Source: an uncultured virus (IMG/VR IMGVR_UViG_3300025875_000009) (taxonomy: Duplodnaviria; Heunggongvirae; Uroviricota; Caudoviricetes). From it: a stretch of 21,046 bases of DNA. Each line of letters starts with the position of its first letter. The stretch's first letter is position 1. A model generated the notes under the pieces. The model ran no database searches. It was not told the DNA's origin and saw only the letters and a list, made by a program, of their open reading frames with translations. A program made the translations under genes and the position numbers. The DNA lies in IMG/VR virus record IMGVR_UViG_3300025875_000009; one strand, given 5' to 3'. Of this stretch, positions 7,530 to 16,071 are shown piece after piece.

Positions 7530-8024
7530 ATGAGCGAGATCCCCGCAGAACACATTGCCGACAGCCACAAGCTGGTCGCCGACGGGCGCATCGACCTGTA
7601 CCAGCTGACGCCGTCGGGCGGCACCGGCACGATCTATTTCAAGGCCGACAACGACACGCCGTGGCGCGGCAAGGATTATGAGGGCGTGCCCCTCGGCATG
7701 TCCGGCGAGAAGAAGTCGATCGACACCGGCCTGACCATGCCGAAGCTGACGATCGGTAACGGCGCGATTGACCTGTCCCCGTTCAAGCCGCTGGTGCATG
7801 ACGGCTACCTCGACAACGCTATCATCCTGCGGCAGACGCTGCTGCTCGACAACCTGCTGAACAACCGCAACATCGCGGAGCGGCAGATGTACCGGGTCAA
7901 GCGCGTGGAGCAATATTCGCGCACCCGGATCATCCTGCAGCTGGCGACGATCTCTGACAGCCTCGGCTTCTCCATGCCGTATCGGCAGTATCTGCCGCCG
8001 GCCTTCCCCTCGGTGCAGATGTGA
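7530..8024 (+). CDS. Minor tail tip protein, gpL N-terminal domain / DUF1833-like
   Basis: 164 aa from ATG 7530. IDLYQL...IYF...WRGKDYEGVP...PKLTIGN matches the gpL-type pattern. Ends MPYRQYLPPAFP and has no Cys. Confidence 0.7.
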   Translation: MSEIPAEHIADSHKLVADGRIDLYQLTPSGGTGTIYFKADNDTPWRGKDYEGVPLGMSGEKKSIDTGLTMPKLTIGNGAIDLSPFKPLVHDGYLDNAIILRQTLLLDNLLNNRNIAERQMYRVKRVEQYSRTRIILQLATISDSLGFSMPYRQYLPPAFPSVQM

Positions 8025-8500
8025 CCCTCGAAGATCTGAAATACGAGCACCTGCTCGGCCGCCCGTTCACGGGCCTCGGGCGCGACGATTGTTTGAAACT
8101 GTTCCGTGACTTCTTTAAGGACAACTTCGACATCTCGATCCGCGACTATGCCCGCCCGCACGACTGGTCGTCGGACGAGCTGGACCTGATGCGGCTGTGC
8201 TACGAGCGCGAGGGGTTCGACCAGATTACTGATTGGCGCGTCAAGGATTTGCGGCCGGCCGACGTGCTGTGCGTCGCGGTCGGCGAGGCCAACCCGAACC
8301 ACTTCGCGATCTTCGTCGGTAACGATACGATCGTCCACCACCTCTACGGCAAGATGTCGCGCGCGGAACCGTTCCGCGACTTCTGGCGCAACCAGACGGC
8401 CTTCATCCTGCGCCACCCCGCAGTGCCGGACCTGCGGCCAACATACCCTGACACCACCATCAAGGATTTGCTCCGTGCTCGAAACGATCCTGCAGCCTGA
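8021..8500 (+). CDS. NlpC/P60 tail assembly protein (gpK C-terminal domain equivalent)
   Basis: LLGRPF..GRDDCLKLFRDFF (catalytic Cys) and PNHFAIFVGNDTIVHH (His residues). Confidence 0.88.
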   Translation: MTLEDLKYEHLLGRPFTGLGRDDCLKLFRDFFKDNFDISIRDYARPHDWSSDELDLMRLCYEREGFDQITDWRVKDLRPADVLCVAVGEANPNHFAIFVGNDTIVHHLYGKMSRAEPFRDFWRNQTAFILRHPAVPDLRPTYPDTTIKDLLRARNDPAA

Positions 8501-8807
8501 CGACACCGTCGAGCGGTGCGGCCTCGTCCTCAAGGACGGCAGCATCGTCGAGATCAAGAACATCGCAGAAGACCCGGCCGTTGCCTACGAGATGGACCCG
8601 GTCGAGCTGCTGCCGCACGTCGAGGCCGACAACATCGAGATCATGTGGCACACCCACCCGATAAGCGATCCGGTGCTTTCTGGTGCAGATCGTGAGGGCT
8701 TCCTTTGGTGGCCCGACTTGGTCCACTGCATCATCGGGCGGCGCGATAGCCGCGTAGCGGTTGAGCGATACCGCGTCGAAGATGGATTTGTCCTCGCATG
8801 CAGCTGA
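8475..8807 (+). CDS. JAB/JAMM (Mov34/MPN) metalloprotease (gpK N-terminal domain equivalent)
   Basis: ERCGLV...WHTHP....LSGAD gives an intact E...HxH...S..D motif. GTG start with AAGGA RBS. Confidence 0.88.
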   Translation: MLETILQPDDTVERCGLVLKDGSIVEIKNIAEDPAVAYEMDPVELLPHVEADNIEIMWHTHPISDPVLSGADREGFLWWPDLVHCIIGRRDSRVAVERYRVEDGFVLACS

Positions 8808-9343
8808 TCTTTCACGGCGAACTGCGCAAGCTGTACGGCCCGTCGGTGACGATGGTCGTGGACACGGTCGCTGAGGCGATCGAGGGCTTCTCGCGTCAGC
8901 AGGCCAATTGGCCGCGCGAGATGCGCATCGCTGTGGTCGGGTTTGACACGAAAGAGAAGCTGCGCACCGCGGCGGACGTTGTTCATGTCATGCCGGCGGC
9001 GGCCGGCGGCGGCGGCAAGTTTGGATCGATTATTCTCGGTGCCGCTTTGATTGTTGCGGCCGTCGCTATCCCCGGCATAGGCACTGCTCTGTCGACCTCG
9101 TTGATCGTCAGCGGTGCAACCATGATTGCGCAGGGTGTGGTCAGCCTGTTTTTGAAAGCTCCCTCTCTAGGCAAGAACGCAGACCCCGACGCCTCGAAAT
9201 ACCTTGGCATCAACACGAACACGACAGCTGTGGGCACGCCAATCATCATGGCATGGGGGCGAATTGCGATCGCACCCCATTGGCTCAGCTTGCAGTCGGA
9301 CAGTACCAATCTGTCCTACGGCGTGTTCCCAGCGAACCCCTAA
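8798..9343 (+). CDS. Tail assembly protein I-like (ubiquitin-like domain, Gly-Gly, hydrophobic segment)
   Basis: MQLIFHGELRKLYG...TVAEAIEG...VHVMPAAAGGGG, then hydrophobic helices and NTTAVGTPIIMAWGR. Confidence 0.85.
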   Translation: MQLIFHGELRKLYGPSVTMVVDTVAEAIEGFSRQQANWPREMRIAVVGFDTKEKLRTAADVVHVMPAAAGGGGKFGSIILGAALIVAAVAIPGIGTALSTSLIVSGATMIAQGVVSLFLKAPSLGKNADPDASKYLGINTNTTAVGTPIIMAWGRIAIAPHWLSLQSDSTNLSYGVFPANP

Positions 9344-9352
9344 AGGACGATC

Positions 9353-10624
9353 ATGAGCCGACCATCCATCACCGAGGAGCTGAAGCAGTGGGCTACGCCC
9401 AGCCAAGCCATCTACATCGACGCCATCCTCGCGGCGAACGGCAATCTCCGAAAAGCCGCTCGCCACTTGGGGAAGCACCACAGCACCCTGCAGGAGTCGA
9501 TGAGCACGCTGACGGCGCGCGCAGCGTCCCGAGGGTACAGTCCTGAACACGAACTTCACCGTGTTGTTCCCGACCCCTTCCTCGTGAAGGGCCATTCGAT
9601 GCTCGATCGGGTCGACCCGAAGACCGGCGAGCGCACCAAGATTCTCGAATGGACGAAGACCCGCATCGACGACGCGGTCTGGCTGGAAAACGTCCAGTCC
9701 GGCATCAAGGCCTTCATGGCCGATCAGCCGCCGGTCGCCGTCCCCACGCTCGCGCCGCGCTCGCGCGACAAGGACATCATCCCCTTCGTCCAGATCGGTG
9801 ATGCCCACCTCGGCATGCTGGCGCACGAGGCCGAGACGGGCGCGAACTTCGACCTCAAGATCGCCAAGCGCGAACTGCTGGGCGGCATCATCCGGCTGCT
9901 GGACGAGAGCGAGCCGACCGAGCGCATCTTCATCAACGACCTCGGCGATTTCACCCACTACGAGAACATGCGCGGCGAGACGGAGGCGAGCGGCCACAAG
10001 CTCGACTTCGACGGCCGCTTCCCCAAGATGGTCGACACCTACGCGGAGATCATGCGCGTCATCGTCGACCATGCGCTGACCAAGGCGCAGTTCGTCGACA
10101 TCGCGGTCAACATGGGCAACCATAGCCGCACGAACGACATCTGGATGGCGACCCTGCTCAAGCACGTCTACGGCCACACCGGCCGCGTCAACGTGCTGAA
10201 CAACCGCACGCCCTTCATTGGCTATCGGATGGGCAACACGTTCGTGATGACCCACCACTCGGACAAGTGCAAGCCGGCGAAGCTCGGCCACGTCATGTCG
10301 ACCGACTTCGCGCAGGACTGGGGCGATACGCGGTATCGCTACTGCGACATCGGCCATATCCATCACAACATGGTGCTGAAGGAGCACCCTGGCCTCACGA
10401 TCGAGAGCTGGAACCAGCTGGCCAACAAGGACCAGTATGCGCACGACAACGGCTACCGCGCGCGGCAGGCGATCTCGCTGGTCGAGCGCAGCCGGACGTA
10501 TGGTGAGCAGCGTCGGCGCATCCTGCCGATCGAGCAGATCCGCGACAGCATCGAAGCGGCAGCGGTCCGCGCGGGGCACCCGGTGCCATATCGGCCGCAA
10601 CCGCTTCGCGCCTTCGCGGTGTAG
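9353..10624 (+). CDS. N-terminal HTH plus calcineurin-like metallophosphoesterase (423 aa)
   Basis: HTH-like GNLRKAARHLGKHHSTLQESM. Phosphoesterase motifs GDAHLG, DLGDFTH, GNH, HHSD and GHIHH. RBS AAGGA. Confidence 0.82.
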   Translation: MSRPSITEELKQWATPSQAIYIDAILAANGNLRKAARHLGKHHSTLQESMSTLTARAASRGYSPEHELHRVVPDPFLVKGHSMLDRVDPKTGERTKILEWTKTRIDDAVWLENVQSGIKAFMADQPPVAVPTLAPRSRDKDIIPFVQIGDAHLGMLAHEAETGANFDLKIAKRELLGGIIRLLDESEPTERIFINDLGDFTHYENMRGETEASGHKLDFDGRFPKMVDTYAEIMRVIVDHALTKAQFVDIAVNMGNHSRTNDIWMATLLKHVYGHTGRVNVLNNRTPFIGYRMGNTFVMTHHSDKCKPAKLGHVMSTDFAQDWGDTRYRYCDIGHIHHNMVLKEHPGLTIESWNQLANKDQYAHDNGYRARQAISLVERSRTYGEQRRRILPIEQIRDSIEAAAVRAGHPVPYRPQPLRAFAV

Positions 10625-10631
10625 TAGATAA

Positions 10632-10651
10632 CCCTTGCCTTCGGGCAAGGG
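10632..10651 (+). other. 8-bp stem with C(UUCG)G tetraloop upstream of the tape measure gene
   Basis: CCCTTGCC-TTCG-GGCAAGGG, no U-tract. Confidence 0.75.
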
Positions 10652-10670
10652 CATCCACCAAGGGTAGCGG

Positions 10671-13600
10671 ATGGCAGGCCCCACCGTCGAAGAACAGGTC
10701 GTACTCGACGCCGATCCTCGCGCGCTCAACGCCGCGATGGCTGCGATCGAGAACAAGATCAAGACCATCGGTGGGATGGTCACCAAGATCGTGCGCGATG
10801 CGGAGGCCGGCGGCAAGGCCTTCGACAACACCCTGATCCAGACGCTGCGCCAGTACCAGAAGGCGCAGGGCGCGCTGTCGACGCTGGCCAACGCCAGCAA
10901 CACGCCGTCGGGCCGCATCCAGGATCTGAACGGCAACCGCGCGTTGGCGCGGCAGACCATTCAGGCGACCGAGTACGCGCGCGAGCTGAATGTCGCGCGC
11001 AACGCCGTTGAGGCGTTGCAGGCCAAGATCAACAACCTGAATAAGGCCGCAGCAGCAGGCGGCACGATCACAACCAAGCAGCGCGATCAGCTCAACAACT
11101 ACCAGCAACAGCTGACCGTCCTCAAGCAGCTGGACAAGCAGTTCAGCGCGATGACTGACAAGGCGCGTCGCATGAGCGGCGTCGACCTGAGTGCCGAGAT
11201 CAAGGCCGTCGCTGATGCGCGCGATCGCGTCGCCAAGGCGGCGCTGTCCGGCCGTCGCGTCAACATTGGCACCGAGCTGAACGGTCTATCCGATGCACAA
11301 GCCGCGCTCGCTGACCGCATCGCCGCCGCGCGCCGCGCCGAGACGCAGGCGCTGCGCACTTCGCTCCAGGCTCGCAAAGAGCTGGCGATCGCTGACGTGT
11401 CGAACCTCAAGGAGGTTGACGCGCTGGAGCGCGCGCGCACGAACAACGCACGTAAGATGGCGGAAATTCGTGCCGAGCTGCGCACGGCCAACGCCGCTGA
11501 GCGCGTCGGTCTGCTGGAGAACCTGCAGATCGAGAAGGCGCGCGGCGCGCAAATCCGCTCGAACCTGTCGGAAGCGCAGCGCCTCGCGCGCGCCGAAGGC
11601 GGTGGTGGAGCGGGCGGTGGCAGCGCGCCCGGCCGCACCGGCATCGCCAAGTACCTGCCGGCCGGCGGCCTCGCCGCGGTCGGCGTTCGCACGCTCGCCT
11701 ACGGCGGCATTGCCGGGGCGGCGTTCGGCGCGGTCAACACCGTTACCGAAGGCGTCGGGTTCGGCATCCAGTTCGAGGATGAGCTGGCCAAGCTGCAGGC
11801 GATCGCGAACGCGACCACGTCGCAAATGCAGACCCTCAAGGCGTCGATCCTCGACGTCGGCACGTCGTCGCGCTTTTCGGTCATTGATCTGACCAAGATC
11901 AGCCAGACGCTGGCGCAGGCCGGCGTCAGCGCGGGTGAGATGAAGACCGTGCTTGAAGCGGTCACCACCCTCGCCACCGCTTCCGGCTCGACGCCGGATG
12001 AGGCCGTAAACCTCGTCACCGGCGCGCTCGGTGCGTTCCAGCTGCAGGCCAGCGAGACGGCGCGCGTTGCCGACCTGATGACCTCGGCCCTGAACCGCAC
12101 CAAGCTGACGGTGCAGCAGGTTGGTCAGGCCATCCAGTACGTCGGTGCAACCGCGTTCGAGCAGAACGTGACGCTTGAAGACCTGCTGGCCACCGTCGGC
12201 GCGATGGCGCAGGCGGGCATCAAGTCCGGTTCGACCATCGGCACCGGCCTGCGGCAGCTGCTGGTCGACTTGGCCGACCCGAGCAAGAAGCTGGTCGAGC
12301 AGCTGAAGGCCGTCGGCCTGACCGCGGCCGACGTGAACGTGTCGGTCCACGGCGAAGCTCAGGTGCTGGAGACGCTGAAGACGGCGGGCTTCGGCGCAGG
12401 TCAGGCGTATGCCGGCCTGGAGACGCGCGCCGCCGCGGCCTATCTCGTTCTGAAGAACAACGTCGACGTGATGGATCAGCTGAAGTTGTCCTTCGCAGAG
12501 CAGGGTGCCGCTGCGACCGCCAACGAGCGCGCGATGGACTCGCTCACCGCCCAATGGCAGCGGTTCAAGAATATCCTCGCCGACGGCTTCTCGGACGACC
12601 TCGACGGCCTGCTGGTCCGCGCGAAGGACTTCCTGCGCTGGGTCAACGACACCATGTCGCAGAAGAAGGGGGCCGATGCTTTCTCCTTCAGCGTCAGCGA
12701 CCCGATCGGCACGGGCTACGGCAGCGACCGGTACAAGAACAACTGGGGCGAGATCGGTCGCTTCTTCGCCTACGAGAACGAGAACCTTCTCCCTGACACC
12801 CTGAAGTCGATCTATAAGATCCAGAACGCTGCGCTCGATCTAATGACGCCTCGCTTCTGGATCGGCGGCGAGGGCATGGGGCAGGCGCTCGATCGCTATA
12901 ACAAGAACCTCGGCCAGACCCATGACAGCATGGAGAAGCTGCAGACCAAGCTGACCGGCTTCAATGAGAAGGCGGACAAGCAGCGCGGCCTCATCAGCGA
13001 GGTCGACAAGGAGATGTCGCGGCTGTCCGTCCAGCACGGTAGTCTGGAGGGTCACACCACGCGCACGACCGCGGAGACGGTCACGCTCATGTCGAAGTTT
13101 GAAGGGCTGTCCAAGTACCTCGTCGGCGTGACGGGCGACTACGGCTCGCTGATGAACGCCATGCGTCAGTACCGCGCCGAGGCGTCCGGCACGATGCAGA
13201 CGATCCTGTCCGGCCAGATTTCGGCGCAGGGTCAGGTCGCGTCGGCGGCGCTCGCCGCCGGGCGCGGTGTCCGCTCGCGCATCTTCGGCAACTCGGCTCT
13301 CATGAGCCAGCTGCGCCCGAACGAGCGCGCCGCGCTCCAGCAGCCGCGTGACCCCGCGAACGCCCGCATCATCGCCGAGGCCGGTGAGCGTCTGAACAAC
13401 AACGATCTGCGTGAGCTGTCCAAGCAGCTCGGCATTAACGCGCAGGCGCTGGGCGAGCAGCGGGTCGCCACGTCGCAGCTGAATGCGACGATGACGCAGA
13501 ACACCGCCGCTGGCCAGAGCCTGACCGATCGCACGGCCAAGGCTGAAGCCGGTCTGGCCGAGCTTGCCGGTCTGAATGGCAAGGCGCGCACGTCGAAGGC

Positions 13601-15650
13601 CAACGAGGCGCGCGAGAGCGCGCGGGCAGTCGTCGCAGAGGTCGATCGCCGGCTGGCGCGCGGTGGCCCGAACGATCCGGCAGTCGCGCAGCTGAACGAA
13701 TGGAAGAGCCGGGCGCAGGCCGTCGTCACCGGCGTTGCCGCCGCGCTCGCGCCGACCAAGGACGAGATCAAGGAAGCCAACAAGGTCGAGAAGCAGCCCA
13801 AGATTACGCAGGCTGACATCGACGGGCTGGGCAAGGCGCTGGGCCTTGCGATGGGTCGTGGCCATGACGACAGCCCGGCGGCGCGCGCGCGGCAGGACGC
13901 CATGCATCGGCGCGGGCTGACCCCGGCGACGGGTAACACCTCCGGCCATACCGCGCCGGGCGGTGTCGCGCGCGACTTCCGCACGGGTCCGATCAGTAAC
14001 GAGCAGGGCGCGCGTCTTGAAGCGGCGGCCAAGAAGTATTTCGCCGATAACGGTATCACCGGGCTGTTCATTCAGTATGAGAACGGCAAGGGCAAGGGGC
14101 AGGGTACTGGCCCGCATCTGCATGTCAGCGCCCGTCGTAATGCGCGCCGCACCGGCCCCGCGTCGGACGGCGGCGATGCGCTCGCCATTCAGGACGCGCT
14201 GAACCAGTCGCAGACCCAGATCGACCAGCGCACCTATTCGACGGCGCTCAAAAACATCAAGGGCACCGCGACGCAGGAGCTGTTCCAGTCGACGGTCACC
14301 GCCGCGCAGACGGCGCTCGACAAGCTGTCGGCCGACCTGATGCGCGACGCGCTGAACGACCTCGCCAAGCAGGGCATCGTCAACGATGCCGACCCGCGCT
14401 TCCAAGAGCGGATGACGCAGGTCAAGGAAGCGATCGCCCAGAACAAGGAGCAGTTCCAGCAGGCGGTTGCCGACGGTCTCATCAAGTCGACCGAGCGCCA
14501 GATCAAGGCGGCGCAGACGGCGTTCGACCTGTCGATGAAGCCGTTCGACGACCGGCTCGCCGCCGCGCAGGGGTCGGTCGCCGGCCTCGGTCTGTATTCG
14601 AACCGCTTCACGCCCGACTACGTCACCCAACTGGCCCAGAGCCGCGTCAGCCAAGCGCAGGAGGCGCAGGTCCGCGCGCGCGCCGCGTCACTGCCGACGC
14701 TGATCTCGAACGACGAGGGCACGCTCGCCAGCCTGCAATCGCAGATGGCCAGTGGTTTCGGTAAGGACGGCACCCCGCTGGAAGGCAACGCGCTGGAGAC
14801 GGTGCGCCAGAAGGTGCAGGAGCTGACCAAGTCGATCGCCGACCTGCGGACCGAGAAGTCGAACCTCGACGCGCAGCTGGGCGCGAGCGGGCTGGTGCCG
14901 ACGACGTTCAGCGATGGCCTCACGCAGGCGATCGAGAACTTCCGTCAGGCGCACAACCTGACGCAGACGTTCAAGCAGGACGTGATCGACAACCTCGGCG
15001 GCGCGATCGACATGGTCGCGAGCAGCCTGACCGACATGTTCACCGGCATCCTGACCGGCACGCAGTCGGCAATCGGCGCGTTCGCGAACTTCGCCAAGTC
15101 AATCATCCGGTATATTCAGGAAATGGTCGCCAAGATCATTGCCTCGAAGATCCTCGGCATGCTCATCAATCTCGTTGGCTCGTGGGTGGGTAGCAACGTC
15201 GGCCCATCGACCAGCACCACCGTACCGGGCAATCCCGAGGGGTCGAGTTCTTTCTTCGATTTCGGATCACTTGGCAGCTTCAACGGTGGACCGGCTGGTG
15301 CGCCGATTGGTCGCTTGCAGGGCGGGATCGTTGCCAACGGCAGCGAGGCTCGCGACAGCGTCCAGACGCGTCTTGCCAAGGGTGAGTGGGTGATCCGCAA
15401 GAAGGCTGTCGACAGCGTCGGTAACGACTTCATGGCTCAGCTCAACGCGCACGGCGCGGGCGCGCTAAAGGCAATGCAGACCGTGCCGGCGCTGCCCAAG
15501 CCCGCGCATCAGGAGACGAATGTCTGGGTGGTCAAGCCCGATCAGCTCCCGCAGCCGGGGCCGCGCGACTTCATTGTCGCGGTGCAGGAAGATATTCTGA
15601 GCGGCGGCGAGACGGCGAAGCTCATCAAGCACGTCTCGCACGGGGGCTGA
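10671..15650 (+). CDS. Tail tape measure protein (TP901-type core) with internal Zn-peptidase-like domain
   Basis: 1659 aa, Ala-rich and helical. Core FEDELAKLQAI...SRFSVIDLTKISQTLAQAG...GIKSGSTIGTGLR. C-terminal DSVQTRLAKGEWVIRKKAV motif. Confidence 0.93.
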   Translation: MAGPTVEEQVVLDADPRALNAAMAAIENKIKTIGGMVTKIVRDAEAGGKAFDNTLIQTLRQYQKAQGALSTLANASNTPSGRIQDLNGNRALARQTIQATEYARELNVARNAVEALQAKINNLNKAAAAGGTITTKQRDQLNNYQQQLTVLKQLDKQFSAMTDKARRMSGVDLSAEIKAVADARDRVAKAALSGRRVNIGTELNGLSDAQAALADRIAAARRAETQALRTSLQARKELAIADVSNLKEVDALERARTNNARKMAEIRAELRTANAAERVGLLENLQIEKARGAQIRSNLSEAQRLARAEGGGGAGGGSAPGRTGIAKYLPAGGLAAVGVRTLAYGGIAGAAFGAVNTVTEGVGFGIQFEDELAKLQAIANATTSQMQTLKASILDVGTSSRFSVIDLTKISQTLAQAGVSAGEMKTVLEAVTTLATASGSTPDEAVNLVTGALGAFQLQASETARVADLMTSALNRTKLTVQQVGQAIQYVGATAFEQNVTLEDLLATVGAMAQAGIKSGSTIGTGLRQLLVDLADPSKKLVEQLKAVGLTAADVNVSVHGEAQVLETLKTAGFGAGQAYAGLETRAAAAYLVLKNNVDVMDQLKLSFAEQGAAATANERAMDSLTAQWQRFKNILADGFSDDLDGLLVRAKDFLRWVNDTMSQKKGADAFSFSVSDPIGTGYGSDRYKNNWGEIGRFFAYENENLLPDTLKSIYKIQNAALDLMTPRFWIGGEGMGQALDRYNKNLGQTHDSMEKLQTKLTGFNEKADKQRGLISEVDKEMSRLSVQHGSLEGHTTRTTAETVTLMSKFEGLSKYLVGVTGDYGSLMNAMRQYRAEASGTMQTILSGQISAQGQVASAALAAGRGVRSRIFGNSALMSQLRPNERAALQQPRDPANARIIAEAGERLNNNDLRELSKQLGINAQALGEQRVATSQLNATMTQNTAAGQSLTDRTAKAEAGLAELAGLNGKARTSKANEARESARAVVAEVDRRLARGGPNDPAVAQLNEWKSRAQAVVTGVAAALAPTKDEIKEANKVEKQPKITQADIDGLGKALGLAMGRGHDDSPAARARQDAMHRRGLTPATGNTSGHTAPGGVARDFRTGPISNEQGARLEAAAKKYFADNGITGLFIQYENGKGKGQGTGPHLHVSARRNARRTGPASDGGDALAIQDALNQSQTQIDQRTYSTALKNIKGTATQELFQSTVTAAQTALDKLSADLMRDALNDLAKQGIVNDADPRFQERMTQVKEAIAQNKEQFQQAVADGLIKSTERQIKAAQTAFDLSMKPFDDRLAAAQGSVAGLGLYSNRFTPDYVTQLAQSRVSQAQEAQVRARAASLPTLISNDEGTLASLQSQMASGFGKDGTPLEGNALETVRQKVQELTKSIADLRTEKSNLDAQLGASGLVPTTFSDGLTQAIENFRQAHNLTQTFKQDVIDNLGGAIDMVASSLTDMFTGILTGTQSAIGAFANFAKSIIRYIQEMVAKIIASKILGMLINLVGSWVGSNVGPSTSTTVPGNPEGSSSFFDFGSLGSFNGGPAGAPIGRLQGGIVANGSEARDSVQTRLAKGEWVIRKKAVDSVGNDFMAQLNAHGAGALKAMQTVPALPKPAHQETNVWVVKPDQLPQPGPRDFIVAVQEDILSGGETAKLIKHVSHGG

Positions 15651-15651
15651 C

Positions 15652-16071
15652 ATGTCTGACACGATCTTCGATTTCTGCCCTGACAGCTATGTGCCGACGA
15701 CGCTTCCGCCCGATGTCGGCACCGGCTTCACGTCCACGACGGGCTGGAACTTCACCTCGCGCCCAACCGCGCCGTACCAGCGCCGGTTCAAGCTGAAGCT
15801 GTATGGCCTGCGCTGGTTTCTCGACGACGCCACCGGTCTGTACGATGCTGACGAGACGCCGAAGATCAATGCCCGCGCGCTGGAAATTTTCTATGCGAAG
15901 CACCAGACGTGGCTCTCGTTCGTCTTCAACCATCAGCACCTCGGGCCAATGATCTGTCGCTTCGCCAGCGCCGTGCAAGTGCCGGAGGCCGAGCAGAACT
16001 CCAACGGGTTGATCGCCAACCCGGTCGAGGTCACGCTGATCGAGCACAATCCGGGGTATGGCACATGGTGA
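15652..16071 (+). CDS. Distal tail protein, gpM-like
   Basis: 139 aa directly after the tape measure. LEIFYAKHQTWLSFVFNH resembles the gpM LxxFLxxHxxxxxFxW pattern. Confidence 0.7.
   Translation: MSDTIFDFCPDSYVPTTLPPDVGTGFTSTTGWNFTSRPTAPYQRRFKLKLYGLRWFLDDATGLYDADETPKINARALEIFYAKHQTWLSFVFNHQHLGPMICRFASAVQVPEAEQNSNGLIANPVEVTLIEHNPGYGTW

Noticed and set aside
7336..7530. CRISPR array or tRNA in the AT-rich intergenic region
   Set aside because: No direct repeat-spacer periodicity and no cloverleaf or T-loop motif seen.
15909..16064. N-terminal extension of ORF 15909..16616
   Set aside because: Overlaps the gpM-like gene by more than 150 bp. Coupled starts at 16065 or 16068 are more plausible.
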